Positions 32,394-45,479 of a DNA stretch of 64,000 bases are shown here, one piece after another (the first letter of the stretch is position 1; each line of letters starts with the position of its first letter). The translations under genes and the position numbers were made by a program. The notes under the pieces are model-generated. The model saw only the letters and a program-made list of their open reading frames with translations. It was not told the DNA's origin and did no database searches. This DNA is from Planktothrix sp. GU0601_MAG3 (GTDB lineage: Bacteria > Cyanobacteriota > Cyanobacteriia > Cyanobacteriales > Microcoleaceae): assembly GCA_035193785.1 (NCBI GenBank), contig CP136572.1, forward strand, positions 2,836,578 through 2,900,577, given 5' to 3'.

Positions 32394-34613
32394 GTGCTGT
32401 CTCCTGCTCTATGGATTACCGGAAGTTCCCAAAGTGGCAAAACCACTCGCCTGATCGAATTATTTTGTGAGTGGACACCCCTACTGGGAACCCTTCCCCA
32501 CCCCCCACAACCTCAACGCCAAAAACGCCAACCCGGGTTAAACCCTGAGTCTGTAGCCACTACGACCTTAATTTTTGCCGCCAATGGTGATAACCGCATT
32601 GCCCTGGTTAACCGTTTAACCACTACCCCCCAGGGACAATATGCCTTTTATTCCACAACCCCATTGGGATTTTTTCAAGACGAAGTAATTCTGTTTTGGC
32701 CCCTATTAGTCGAAAAGTTGGGGTTAAAAGCCCAATTTCCCCTACGCTTACGCCCCGAAACCGAACAGGAACTTGCCCTCCGGCTTTGGAGTCGTGATCT
32801 AGAAATCAGTCCCCTCAGACGTCCGGGGATCAGCCTGAACCGCATGGTGCGCCAAATTCTGGATATTCTGCAACTAGCGGCCCTGAGTGCTAACTCAATA
32901 GAGGCTATTCCCCAGATTTTAGAAAAGGGATTTCTCCCCACGGGCGACATCGAAACCCCCTATAACTCAATAGGAGAATGGCTGCAACAATGGCGGGACT
33001 GGTGTTTAGACCGGGGGTTACTCACCTATGGGATTATTGCCGATCTCTATGGTCAACATCTCCTGCATCATCCCACCTATCAAAAACACCTACTGCGTCG
33101 ATATCCGGTAGTTTTAGCCGACGACGTGGACGAATACCCCGTCCTGGCCCGTCACTTGTTTGAGTTCTTTCTGGAGCAGGGAAAAATGGCTGCATTTACC
33201 TACAATCCAAATGGGGCTGTGCGTTTGGGGCTAGGGGCTGACCCTATAGCCCTATCGGATTTACAGGGGCGATGTCGTACCGAAACCTTAGACCAACCCA
33301 GGGGTTTAGGGAAACATCTAGCCCAACCGATTATAGAGTTGGTGTTGGAGAATGCCATCGCTATTCCCGACTCCCTCTTGTTTTCCCCTCAGATTCAGTC
33401 AATTCAAACGGTCTCACGAGCCGATTTACTCCGACAAACCGCCGAACAGATTATTGCCGGGGTCAAAACTGGTCAGGTACGGCCCGATGAAATTGCCCTG
33501 ATTGGCCCTGGTTTGGATGCGATCGCCCGTTATACTCTACGGGAAATTCTTAACCATGCAGGAATAGCCGTGGAGTCGATGCAAGAGCAACGTCCCCTAA
33601 TCAGTTCTGCCCTAGTTAGGGGATTATTAACCCTAATGGCACTGGTATATCCAGGTAATGGTCGTTTGGTACATCGAGATGCGATCGCTGAAATGCTGGT
33701 AACACTCAGCCGTTACACCCACCAACTCCCTCTTTCCCCCCCTGCTCCCCCTGTCTCCCCTGCCTCCCATGCCTCCCCCACCTCCCCTGCTCCCCCCGCT
33801 CCCCCTGCTCCCCCTGCCTCCATCGACCCTGTACGCGCTGGATTATTAGCTGATCATTGTTTTGTTCCTGACTTAGAGAATCCTCGGTTACTGGCCGTGA
33901 ATGCTTTTCCCCGTTGGGATCGGTTGGGGTATCAGGCGACGGTCGCCTATAACCAGATTTTGCAATGGCTGGCAGTTCAACGGGAAGACTATCAACAAAA
34001 TTTATTAACGAGTCCAGTAATTTTATTAGATCGGGGAATTCAGCAATTTTTTATGGGCGGTGGGACGAGTCGCACTGCTAACGGGTACACCTTGAGAAAC
34101 GACCAACTATCGGCACTACGGGAGTTGATGGAAACGGCGATCCACTATTGGGAGGTGCAGAATCGTTTACAGGGGAAAACCGACGGGAGCATCTGCGAAC
34201 AGGTGGGCCAGTTTATTCAGTTATTACGACAGGGAGTGATTTCTGCTGACCCCTATCCGGTATCCAGTTTGGGGATTAAACCTCCGGCGGTGACCCTGGG
34301 GACAATTTTTCAATATCGAGCTAGTCGAGCTTCCCATCCTTGGCACTTTTGGCTGGATGTGGGATCTCCCTTGTGGTTGAGTGGAGGAGCAAGTATTCTC
34401 TGGGGAGCGCCTCTGTTTCTTAAGGGACAACCGGAATATCCGGGGACAGAAGAAAATACGAGGTCGGCCGATCTACAACGATTGCACCGTATTATTGTAG
34501 ATTTGTTAAGTCGGGTGAGCGATCGCTTAATTCTCTGTCACAGTGATTTGGCGGTCAATGGTCAAGAACAATTTGGCCCCCTTTTACCTCTTGTTCATGT
34601 AGTAAGCCCTTGA
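32394..34613 (+). CDS. Conserved cyanobacterial P-loop protein (degenerate SF1-helicase-like)
   Basis: GSSQSGKTT and LADDVDEY motifs; 739-aa ORF with an in-frame 9-mer repeat at 33735-33820. Confidence 0.6.
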   Translation: MLSPALWITGSSQSGKTTRLIELFCEWTPLLGTLPHPPQPQRQKRQPGLNPESVATTTLIFAANGDNRIALVNRLTTTPQGQYAFYSTTPLGFFQDEVILFWPLLVEKLGLKAQFPLRLRPETEQELALRLWSRDLEISPLRRPGISLNRMVRQILDILQLAALSANSIEAIPQILEKGFLPTGDIETPYNSIGEWLQQWRDWCLDRGLLTYGIIADLYGQHLLHHPTYQKHLLRRYPVVLADDVDEYPVLARHLFEFFLEQGKMAAFTYNPNGAVRLGLGADPIALSDLQGRCRTETLDQPRGLGKHLAQPIIELVLENAIAIPDSLLFSPQIQSIQTVSRADLLRQTAEQIIAGVKTGQVRPDEIALIGPGLDAIARYTLREILNHAGIAVESMQEQRPLISSALVRGLLTLMALVYPGNGRLVHRDAIAEMLVTLSRYTHQLPLSPPAPPVSPASHASPTSPAPPAPPAPPASIDPVRAGLLADHCFVPDLENPRLLAVNAFPRWDRLGYQATVAYNQILQWLAVQREDYQQNLLTSPVILLDRGIQQFFMGGGTSRTANGYTLRNDQLSALRELMETAIHYWEVQNRLQGKTDGSICEQVGQFIQLLRQGVISADPYPVSSLGIKPPAVTLGTIFQYRASRASHPWHFWLDVGSPLWLSGGASILWGAPLFLKGQPEYPGTEENTRSADLQRLHRIIVDLLSRVSDRLILCHSDLAVNGQEQFGPLLPLVHVVSP

Positions 34614-34618
34614 GGGCT
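34599..34618 (+). repeat. GTAG-type REP
   Basis: GTAGTAAGCCCTTGAGGGCT; contains the stop codon of the upstream gene. Confidence 0.8.
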
Positions 34619-34892
34619 ATCTTCAAACCCAGATAATATAGGGAATAGTTTTGACCAAACTTTCAGAGAATTTTCTTTCAAAAAAGCTCCCAGAAAAGGT
34701 AAATTTAACCTTAATTATAATATAAAAAATAGGGTGATTTATGTTGTTTTCAAGATAGGGAAATTAATCCGCTAATTTTATAGCAATTGATGTTAATATC
34801 ATTAGCTATTCTGGGAATACTTTATCTATATCCTAGGTCGGGGTGTCAAAGGTAGATTTATCGCGTGGGTTCATTAAAGAGGAGATTAAAAA

Positions 34893-37800
34893 ATGACAAG
34901 TGCATTAATTAATACCGTTAGGGCTAGAGTCATTAACACCGAGGAAGTTATATTAATATTTCCGACAGAACTTCCAGGTGTATTTCAAAGTTTCAGTGGG
35001 CTAGTGGGGGAAACCCTTCCTGGTGCTAACGGAGCCGTCATTTTTGTGCCTCAAAATTCCCCAGCACCCACCCCGACCACAGCCCCAACCACTCCTCCGA
35101 CCCCGACCACGGCCCCAACCACTCCTCCCACCCCAACCACAGCCCCAACGACTCCTCCGACCCCGACCCCTTCTGGTAGTAATGGCGGGACAAATCCAGC
35201 CCCAATTGCCAATAATGATTTTTTTCAGACAAATTTAGGACAGGCGACATTTTTTAATGTTCTGGAAAACGATACAGTTCAGGGTGGAAGTGGCACCAGT
35301 ATCACCGTCAATCAGTTTAGTTCAACATCAAACGGAACCCTAGTATTTAATGGGGGAGGAATTTTTACCTACACTCCCGACCCCAAATTCTTTGGGACAG
35401 ATAGTTTTAGTTATACCATTACCAATGGAACTGCCCCGGCTCAAGTTTTTATTCAAGTGGTGGCGGGTAATCAACCTATTATTATTGAAGGTATTGGTAA
35501 AGGCACAGAAACCAGCGACTATATTACAGGTTTCCTCCGGCAATGATGTGATTAATGGTTTAGCTGGAGATGATACCATCTTTGGTTTAGCGGGAAATGA
35601 CGAACTCAGAGGGGATGAAGGCGATGATACCCTCTACGGAAATGAAGGCAATGATACCCTGACCGGAGGTGAGGGTAACGATGAACTCAATGGCGGTAAG
35701 GATAATGATGTCCTCGATGCCAGTGCTGGAGACGATACCGTCGGTGGACAACTGGGTAATGATACCGTTATTGGCGGTTTAGGCAATGATAGCCTTTATG
35801 GAGGCCAAGGAGCAGATAGTGTTCGGGGCGCGGAAGGCAATGATCTGGTTTTTGGGGATAAAGGTAGTGATGTGCTTTGGGGCGATGCCGGTAACGATAC
35901 CGTCTATGGCGGTGGAGAAGAAGACCTGATTTTTGGCAATGATGGCACTGATAGCCTCTATGGAAACCAAGGAAACGATACGATTTTTGGCGGTATTGGT
36001 AACGATGTAGTATTTGCGGGTGAAGGGGATGACCAAATTTCCGGGGAAACCGGGGATGACTTCCTGTTTGGGGGTCTAGGTGTCGATACCCTGACCGGAG
36101 GCTCGGGAAATGATATCTTTGTGATGACTGACGAAAGTGGCGGTGCGAATTTAGGAGATGCTCAAGTTGTTAATGATTTTGAACCAGGCGATCGCATTGG
36201 TTTAGCCGGAGGTTTACAATTTAGTGATTTATCTATTAGCCAAAGTAGTGAAAACGCAGGCGATACTATTATTAGAAACGGCAGTGCTGGAGATTATATT
36301 GCAGTTTTAATTGGTGTGGATAGTAACACCATTACCGCAGATAGTTTTACTCCAATTTCCGGTACTATTATTCCGATTCCAGTCCCAACACCGACAACTC
36401 CCCAACCACCCACAACTCCCCAACCACCGACAACCCCCCAACCACCCACAACTCCCCAACCACCCACAACTCCCCAACCACCCACAACTCCACCAACACC
36501 CACAACTCCCCAACCACCCACAACTCCACCAACACCCACAACCCCCCAACCACCCACAACTCCACCAACACCCACAACTCCCCCCCTACAGCCACCCATC
36601 GCCCAAAATGATGCCGTAAAACGGCCTCCCGAGGGTTCGGTGACATTTAACGTACTCACTAATGATACTGACCCCCAGGGTAGTCAACTTACCTTAGTGA
36701 GTGTAGGAACCATCGCCAATGGCAGTGCATCGATTACGGCTGGGGGAAATATTACCTTCACACCTAACCCGGGCTTTACAGGGCCATCAACCTTTCCCTA
36801 TACCATTCAAAACAGTTATGGCTTAACATCCACAGCCCAAGTGATCATTACTGTTAATATTCCCCCGACATTATTAGTCAATAATGGAATTATTGTTTTA
36901 CAAAATGATCAAAAAAATATTACCCCCGTCAATCTGTTTGCAGTAGACCCGGATAACCCCCCAAATGAAATCTTCTACCGTATTACCCAAGAACCCAACT
37001 TAGGGAATCTACAAATTGTCGGATCTACACCCCAACGAATTAATACCGGGGGTAGCTTTACTCAACAAAATATTGATACGGGTTCGATTCAATTTAATGC
37101 GCGGAATACATCAGGAGGAGACCAATTTTTGTTTCTTCTAACTGATAATATTGGGACGACTGCCCAAAATTCTTTTAGTATCACCATTGTCGATGACATC
37201 ATCACGGGTACGGAAGGAAATGATTTGATTATCGGTAGTGGTTTGAGTGAAAATATCAGGGGATTTGCTGGGGATGATACCCTCTTGGGTGAAGGGAATC
37301 GAGATATTATCGAAGGGGGGACGGGAAATGATTCCATTGAAGGGGGAGAAGGAAATGATGTCCTTCAAGGAGAAGAAGGAAATGATACCCTCCTCGGTCA
37401 AATTGGCAATGATTCCATCTTTGGCGGTCAGGGCAATGATTCTCTCGATGGCGGTGCCGGTCGCAATACCCTGTTAGGGGAAGATGGAAATGATACCCTA
37501 ATTGCCGGAGATGATAGTAATTTAATTTCCGGTGGTAATAATGATGACATTCTGATTAGTGGCATTGGGAAACGATACCCTGTTAGGGGGAAGTGGTAAT
37601 GATTCTCTGACCGGGAATGCCGGAGATGATTCCCTCTATGGAGAAGATGGAGATGACCTAATCTTTGCTGGAGTCGGTCGAGACTTAGTTCTCGGTGGCC
37701 CGGGTAACGATACCATCGATGCCGGAGAAAGCAATGATACCGTCTTTGGGGGAAGTGGGAATGATTCCATTATCGGCGGTGATGGGGACGATATCCTGAG

Positions 37801-38524
37801 TGCTGGTGATGGTGCAGATACGATTTTATCAGGGACTGGAGATGATTCCATCTTTGGTGATGCCGGAAATGACTCAATTGTGGCGGATCTTGGGGACGAT
37901 AGTGTTTTTGCTGGAGATGGCTTGGATACGGTGTTTGGAGGAATTGGCAATGATTTAGTCTTTGGCGATGAGGGCAATGATACCCTGTTTGGCGGTGAAA
38001 GTGATGATACCTTGGCTGGGGGCGGCGGTGCGGATAGTTTAATTGGAAATGTGGGGAATAATTCCTACTATTATTTAGCCCCCACCGAAGGTGTTGATGT
38101 GATCACCGAATTTAATGTTAATGGGGATGATCGATTCCTGTTTAGTTCTTTAGGTTTCCCTGGTTTCACCACCGCAGAAGGAACAGTGGTTCCCTTACAG
38201 GGGATTATTGTTTCTAATCTGGGTTCGGAGGGAGATAATATTAGTAATAAACAGGTGATCATTTTCCAAGATACTTTTGATAATGTTCAAGCGGTGAATG
38301 CTGCCTTGAAAAATCAAAATGGATCGAGTGATACTGCCGCTTTCTTTGTCTATCGGAATAACTTGTCCTACGCTGCTTTTCCGGGTGCTTATATTGTTGG
38401 GTATGATCCGAATTTAAGTGATGATAGTCTCCCGGCGTTTGATTTAGGGATTTTACCCTCTATCGATCCACAAACAAATAATATTAGTACCTTAATTGGG
38501 CCTAGTGATTTTGTAATTATCTAG
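34893..38524 (+). CDS. Large RTX Ca-binding surface protein with Ig/cadherin-like domains and Pro/Thr linkers (~1209 aa); frameshifts at 35530 and 37569
   Basis: Many GGxGxD nonapeptides; NVLxND..FTYTP..F.G.DSF.Y modules; PTTPQP repeats. Confidence 0.85.
36389..36590 (+). repeat. Intragenic Pro/Thr VNTR (PTTPQP/PTTPPT)
   Basis: caccCACAACTCCCCAAC-type units, mostly 18 bp. Confidence 0.85.
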
Positions 38525-38531
38525 GCGTTTC

Positions 38532-38581
38532 GTAGTAAGCCCTTCAGGGCTATCTGAAGACAGCCCTGAAGGGCTTACTAC
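38532..38581. repeat. Short REP doublet between the two RTX genes
   Basis: GTAGTAAGCCCTTCAGGGCT-ATCTGAAGAC-AGCCCTGAAGGGCTTACTAC, perfect 20-bp inverted repeat. Confidence 0.88.
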
Positions 38582-38626
38582 AAATTTAATATTCGATATC
38601 CCTATTTCCAGCAAAGGATTCTGATT

Positions 38627-41600
38627 ATGACAAGTTCTATTATCAATACAATTCCGGCAACTTTAGCATTAAGAATTACTCCAGGTAATAGCCTGTACAA
38701 TACGGGAAATTCTATATTAATTTATTCATCGGAAAATTCAGGAAGATTTGAAACTTTTCCCGCAGATGTTCAGTCTTTTGTTCCCCTTTCTAATGGCGTA
38801 GGAACCACCTTACCCGGTGCAACTGGAGGGGTAATCTTTGTACCCAGTGAACCTATTGTAGAAGCGATATCTATTGAAACTAATACACCTGTTTATTTAG
38901 CTGAAACAGAAACTGGTCAATTTCAAACCCTAAATGGTCAAACAACCGGAACTATTCAAACCGGGCCAGCCGGAAGTTTGATTTTTACTCCCGATGGGTT
39001 TAGCCCGGAAACCCCTGCACCCACAGCCACACCCAGTCCCACAGCTACACCCAGTCCCACGGCTACACCCAGTCCCACGGCTACACCCAGTCCCACGGCT
39101 ACACCCAGTCCCACGGCTACACCCAGTCCCACGCCTAACCCTAGTCCCACGCCTAACCCTAGTCCCACACCTAACCCTAGTCCCACACCTACCCCTAGTC
39201 CCGAATCCAAACCGATTCAAATTCAAGGTGCGGGGACAGGGACAAAAGGAGATGACACCATTATTGGTAGTAGTCAAAATGACACGATTTCTGGATTAGA
39301 GGGGAATGACAGCATCTTTGGATTAGCAGGGAATGACCTCCTCCAAGGAGATGATGGAAATGATCAAATTAATGGGAATGAAGGAAATGATGCCGTTATT
39401 GGAGGCGCCGGGGATGATTGTCTCCGGGGAGGACAAGGCAATGATTTGAGCTCTGGTGACGGCGGGAATGATATGGCTTTTGGGGATAGAGATAATGATA
39501 CATTGAATGGTGGAGCCGGGGCTGATACGCTGTATGGCGGCCAAGGCAATGATATTATCCGAGGCGGGGGAGAAGATGACTTTCTCTATGGGGATAAAGG
39601 CAATGATACGGTATCGGGCGATGCCGGGAAACGATGCGGTCTTTGGTGGGGATGGAGACGATATTTTATATGGTAATTCCGGTCAGGACTTCCTGAATGG
39701 GGGGGCTGGAAATGATCAACTTTTTGGCGGCGGAGATGATGATAGTTTAGTAGGTGGCCAAGGAGCAGATATCCTCTACGGAGATTTAGGAAATGATACC
39801 CTTTCCGGCGGGGATGATAATGATCAACTGTTTGGCAATGGGGGGGATGATGTTCTCAATGGAGATAATGGGGCTGATAATTTATATGGAGGTGCCGGGG
39901 AAGATATTCTCAATGGCGGGAAAGGTCGAGATCTCCTTTCCGGTGATGCTGGGAATGATTTATTAGCCGGAGAATCTGGGATAGATACCCTCACGGGGGG
40001 CGCGGGAGAGGATATTTTTGTTCTTGGTTATGTGGTGACTCAAGCACCTAATGGTGGTAGCTTTATTACCGGAACCACAGGTGGCACCAGTGTTGATTTA
40101 GCTGATATTGTTACGGATTTTACAACAAACGATAGGATTGGGCTATCTGGAGGACTTACTTTTCAAGATCTGGAAATTTCCCAAGGTCAAGCCTCTAATG
40201 CCAGTAATACCATTATCAGAGATAAGACTACGGGTGAATTTTTGGCGGTGTTACAGGGTGTTAATGCCAGTGTCCTAACAGAAGATAGTTTTGTGCTTGA
40301 CCCCAATGTTCCCCTTCCCCCCACAACCCCACCCACTACTCCACCCACAACCCCACCAACTACCGCACCCACAACCCCACCAACTACCGCACCCACCACC
40401 CCACCAACTACCGCACCCACCACCCCACCAACTACCGCACCCACAACTCCACCAACTACCGCACCCACAACTCCACCAACTACCGCACCCACAACTCCAC
40501 CAACTACCGCACCCACAACTCCACCAACTACCGCACCCACAACTCCACCAACTACCGCACCCACAACTCCACCAACTACCGCACCCACCACCCCACCAAC
40601 TACCGCACCCACCACCCCACCACCACCAACTCCCTCCCAACCCACACGTCCCCCAGTGGAGCCGCCGACTCCACAAATTTTAGCGATGGAGAATGATACG
40701 GTATCGGGTTTACAGAATAATTTGTTGGAGATTCCCGATAGTAACATCATTAGTAATGACACCGGGGTGGGACTACTCACGATCACCGAAATCACTCAAC
40801 CCCTGAATGGGCAAGCCAGCCTGAATCGAAATGTGAGATCAATTACTTATATTCCTGATAAAAACTTTTCCGGTTTTGATAGTTTTGAATATAAAATTCG
40901 AGATGATAACGGAGCAACCGGAACGGCAACGGTTACGGTGAATGTAGTTTCGGTTAATGATCCTCCTGTTTTGGATCTCAGTAGTTCCCAACCAGGGAAT
41001 AATTACAGTACGGTTTTTGTTGAAGGTACAACTCCGGTGGCGATTACTGGAAGTGTCAGTATTATTGATGCCGATGATACGGAATTGACCTCCGCCACGA
41101 TTACTTTAACCAATATTCCCGATGGTGAAACTGAAGGGTTATCTATCCTAGGAACCTTGCCCAGTGGGATTACAGCCGGAGCCTATGACCCAGCAACCGG
41201 AATTATTCTCCTAACTGGAACTGCCCCAATTGTCAGTTATGAAACGGCACTTTCTCAGGTGGTTTATAGCAACAGTTCCCAAAATCCCAGCACTCAAAAT
41301 CGGGTAATTGATGTGGTGGTTAGCGATCGCCAAGATAATAGTAATATTCCGACTAGCACAATTACAGTGGATGCAGTTAATGATCCTCCTGTAAATACGG
41401 TTCCCGGGTCGCAAGCCGCCAACGGGAACGAACCCATTGTATTTAGTCAGGCGGACGGGAATCAAATTTCTATTAGTGATCCCGATGCTGGCGTTAATCC
41501 TGTACAGGTTACTTTAACCGCTAGTGCCGGAAACCCTAACCCTGGGAACAACCCCGGATAATGTCACAATTTCTGGGGATGGTACAACAAATATTTCCTT

Positions 41601-44600
41601 AGTTGGTCAAGTTGATAATATTAATACGGCTCTCAACGGTTTAACCTTTACCCCACCCGCACCCTTTACCACCTCAGCAACCCTGCAAGTGGTAACAACG
41701 GATCAAGGAAATACGGGCAGTGGTGGCCCGCAACAAACGGCGAGTACGATTACGATTAATCAACCCAACCAGCCACCGAATGCGGTGAATGACAGTGTGG
41801 TGGGGACACAAAACCTACTCTTGACGATCGCCTCCTCAACCCTACTGGCCAATGATAGCGATCCCGATAATGACCCGTTGACGATTACTCAAGTAAGTGA
41901 TCCGATTAATGGGACAGTGACTTTAAATAATAGTAATATTCTATTTACTCCCGCCCCTAACTATACGGGGCCAGCGAGTTTCCTCTATACTATTAGTGAC
42001 GGGAATAGCGGCACCAGTAGCGCGACGGTGAATGTGACGGTTAATCCTAACCAACCCCCTACCCTGGACTTGGATGGAAGTCAAGCGGGAAATAATACTC
42101 AAGTAACCTTTGAGGAGGGGCAGCCGGCCATTGCGATCGCCAATGCCACTAATATTGTGATTACCGATCCTGACAATACCACCGCCGAGTCAGCTACCCT
42201 GACTTTAACCAACCCCCTAAATGGCAGTGCGGAAAATTTATCGGTTAATGGTGTGTTACCTGCGGGGATTACAGCCAGTAGTTATAACAGCACCACGGGT
42301 GTTTTAATCCTAACCGGAAATGCTGCGATTAGTGCTTATCAAACGGCGATCGGACAAATTATTTATGATAATACGGCTAATCCTCCTAATACCGCCACCC
42401 GCACAGTCGAGGTTGAGATCAATGATGGAACCAATAATAGTAATACCGCAGCTAGTACCATTACGGTGTTGGCTTCAAATCAGCCTCCGGTGGCGGTTCC
42501 CGACGGCCCAATTTTTGCCAACAATAGCATCCAATTCCCGATTTCTCCCCTAGATAATGATACTGACCCCGATGGAGATATTCTGACCTTGACCTCGGTG
42601 GATAATCCCCCCACAGCCCAAGGGTTAGTAACTCAAGCGGGTTTCCCTAGTTCAGTACACCCGTTTAGGAACTGCAACTGGGTTGGATAGTTTCAACTAC
42701 AGCATCAGCGATGGTCAAGGCGGAACGGCTACGGCCAATATTACCATTAACCTCTTACCCGTTGCCGATGATAACCCTAACTCAGTAAACGGAGGTAGTT
42801 TTGGCGATAACCTCAATGGTTTGGGCGGAAATGATACCCTCAGCGGTCTGGATGGGAAGGATTCCCTCCGAGGAGATGCGGGGAATGATCTACTCCTGGG
42901 GGGAAGTGGAACGGACTTGTTACAGGGGGGAATTGGAGAAGATACCCTCAACGGAGGTTTAGCCACCGATAACATGACGGGAAATGCCGGAAATGACCAA
43001 TTTCGCTATGATAGCGCGAATGACGGTGGCGGGTCTGGGTTTAATGCAGGTTCTAATACTGAGGTTAAGTCCCAAATTGGCAGTAATTTATATGATACAA
43101 TTACCGATTTTGAAGGGTTAGGGGCTCCGGTTGGAGATCGAATTAGTTTTGCCACAACGGTAATTGCTTCTTTTGCGAGTATTGGAACAGCCGTACAAAC
43201 TAATATTACAGGGGACGTGATTCCGGGTACAAATCCGGGTCTATTTGCCTTTAATGATGGTAGTAGCACTTACCTAATTTACGATGGAAATGGGGATAAT
43301 ACCACGGGAAATGATTCTCGAATTTTGGCTAAATTAGATAATGTGAATGGGGTTACAACCCTTGATGTAAATGATTTTGCTGGAATTGCTGGACTGAATC
43401 GTCCTCCGATTGTTGCTGGGAATACAACGGTTAATATTAATGAAGATGTAATCACTAATTTGGGGATTGTGGCCCCGATTGATCCCGATAATGATCCGTT
43501 AATTATTACGGTGAATAGTATTCCCGATAGCAATAAGGGAACCGTCAGAATTACGGGTCAAACTAACTCGATTATTATTGGTCAAACCCTAACCAGTGCC
43601 GAAATTAGTCAGTTAGAATTTGTTCCCAAACCCAATATTAGCGGGGCGGCGGGGGTATTTCTCTATAGTGTCAGTGATGGTCAAAATCCGGCGGTGAGTC
43701 AAACTATAACTATTAGTATCACAGAGATTAATGATCTTCCGATCGCCGTTAACGACGGCCCAATTTTTACTAATAATAGTATCCAATTCGCCATTTCTCC
43801 CTTAGATAATGATAGTGACCCCGATGGCGGGGTTCTGACCTTGACCTCGGTTGATAATCCGGCGACCGCCCAGGGTTTGGTCACTCAAGCGGGTTTCCTT
43901 AGTTCAGTACACCCGTTTGGGAAATGCGACCGGGCCAGATAGTTTCAACTATATTATTAGTGATGGTCAAGGGGGAACGGCCGCGGCTAATATTACGATT
44001 AACCTCTTACCCGTTGCTGATAATAACCCCAACTCATTCACCGGAGGGAGTTTGAGCGATAACCTCAATGGTCTGGATGGCAATGATACCCTGAGCGGTC
44101 TGAATGGCAATGATACCCTGCGAGGGGATGCTGGGAATGATAGTTTATCGGGAGGAAGTGGAAACGATCTGTTACAGGGTGGAATTGGCAACGATACACT
44201 TCAGGGCGGTTTAGGACGGGATAGTTTGAGTGGTAGTCTTGGGGAAAAAGACCTGTTTATTTATACGGACTCCCTAGATGGGGGCGGTGTCGGGTTTAAT
44301 GCGGTGGGAACGGTAATTAATGCTCAAATTGGCAGTGGTTTCTATGATTCTATTAACAATTTTGAGGGTTTCGGTCAGGTTGGGGGCGATCAAATTGGTT
44401 TATCCACCAGTTTAATTGCGGGTACTGCTAATATTCTGCTGACGGTACAAACCAATCTTTCAACTAATGTTTTATCGGGAAATAGTCCTGGTATATTTGC
44501 CTTTGATAGTGGTAAGGATACCTACTTAATTTATGATGGCAATGGCAATAATTTAACCGGGAATGATTCTCGAATTCTGGCTAAGTTAGAGGGCGTTACG

Positions 44601-44642
44601 GGCATCACAACCCTAAATCCTGACGATGTAATCCTGTTCTAA
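38627..44642 (+). CDS. Giant RTX/cadherin-like surface protein (~2003 aa); frameshifts at 39628, 41530, 42641, 43893
   Basis: RTX blocks, VNDPPV/NQPP Ig-like modules, TPSPTA and TTAPTTPP repeats; four single-base corrections give one ORF. Confidence 0.85.
39020..39200 (+). repeat. Intragenic 18-bp VNTR (TPSPTA/NPSPTP)
   Basis: acccagtcccacggctac units. Confidence 0.85.
40320..40630 (+). repeat. Intragenic 24-bp VNTR (TTAPTTPP)
   Basis: ccaccaactaccgcacccacaact units, roughly a dozen. Confidence 0.88.
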
Positions 44643-44654
44643 ATATCCTTCCCT

Positions 44655-44700
44655 GTAGAGACGAGCCACGGCGCGTCTCTGCTCTACGGCTCGTCTCTAC
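44655..44700. repeat. GTAGAGACG-type REP doublet between convergent genes
   Basis: GTAGAGACGAGCC...GGCTCGTCTCTAC 13-bp terminal inverted repeat. Confidence 0.75.
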
Positions 44701-44715
44701 GGGGGGGTTTTAAAA

Positions 44716-45324
44716 CTACTGATTGGGTGTATTCAGTTTCAAATCAACAGAATTTTCCTGCTCTAATTTCACAACATTTTCAGGAGGAGTTAAACAGGTT
44801 TTCAATAGTTGATCAACGCCTAAATTTGTACTAGCTTCGTTCATCCCCACAACGCAATTAGAAAACGTTTCAGGTAATATACTCCGACGACAACTATCAA
44901 GAACATTGAACGGATCAGATGAGCTAGTATTCAAGCTAATATTAACTACACAATTGGCTAATTCATCGGGACGGCGTACCTGTAGACAACCGGATAATAT
45001 TTGTTCTACGGGTAGGGCTGCCACATTTCTCTGCATTTGGGTGACACAATATCCCATATTCCTCGGCCGTGATGCCATTCCACAGCCTTGTGTTGCCAAC
45101 TCCACCGATAGCCCGGCCGCCACTAACTGTTGGGTGCAGTTTCTATAGTCCTGTCGGCGAATTAAGACAAAGGAAGGAAACGCCTCAGCCGGAGTCAGGG
45201 GGACAAATAGGGGGAATAAACTCACCGTCGCCACCAATGATAACCAACGCCGATGTCGGGATAGGCGGGTCGAAAGTGTTTGTTTCAATTCAGAAAACAT
45301 CACAATAGAAGGATTCATAACCAT
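44716..45324 (-). CDS. Secreted Cys-repeat hypothetical protein
   Basis: Signal peptide ending PAEA; repeated C..RRP.ELANCV-like units. Confidence 0.65.
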   Translation of the reverse strand: MVMNPSIVMFSELKQTLSTRLSRHRRWLSLVATVSLFPLFVPLTPAEAFPSFVLIRRQDYRNCTQQLVAAGLSVELATQGCGMASRPRNMGYCVTQMQRNVAALPVEQILSGCLQVRRPDELANCVVNISLNTSSSDPFNVLDSCRRSILPETFSNCVVGMNEASTNLGVDQLLKTCLTPPENVVKLEQENSVDLKLNTPNQ

Positions 45325-45402
45325 TTCAAGTTTTGCACAATGATATCATGGGTTAGCAGTTGACCGTTGATAGTTACTCAAGATCATCTTTGACACTAAT
45401 TC

Positions 45403-45470
45403 GTAGGGTGCGTAAGCAACGCGATCGCACCATCTACTATTATTTAACAACCAAGATGGTGCCGCATCAC
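45403..45470. repeat. Degenerate GTAGGGTGCG-type REP doublet
   Basis: GTAGGGTGCG...CGCACCATCT...AGATGGTGC. Confidence 0.45.
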
Positions 45471-45479
45471 AACAACGGG

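Noticed and set aside
36294..40795. Antisense or alternative-frame Gly/Val/Trp/Cys/His-rich ORFs
   Set aside because: Shadows of the Pro/Thr VNTRs inside the RTX genes
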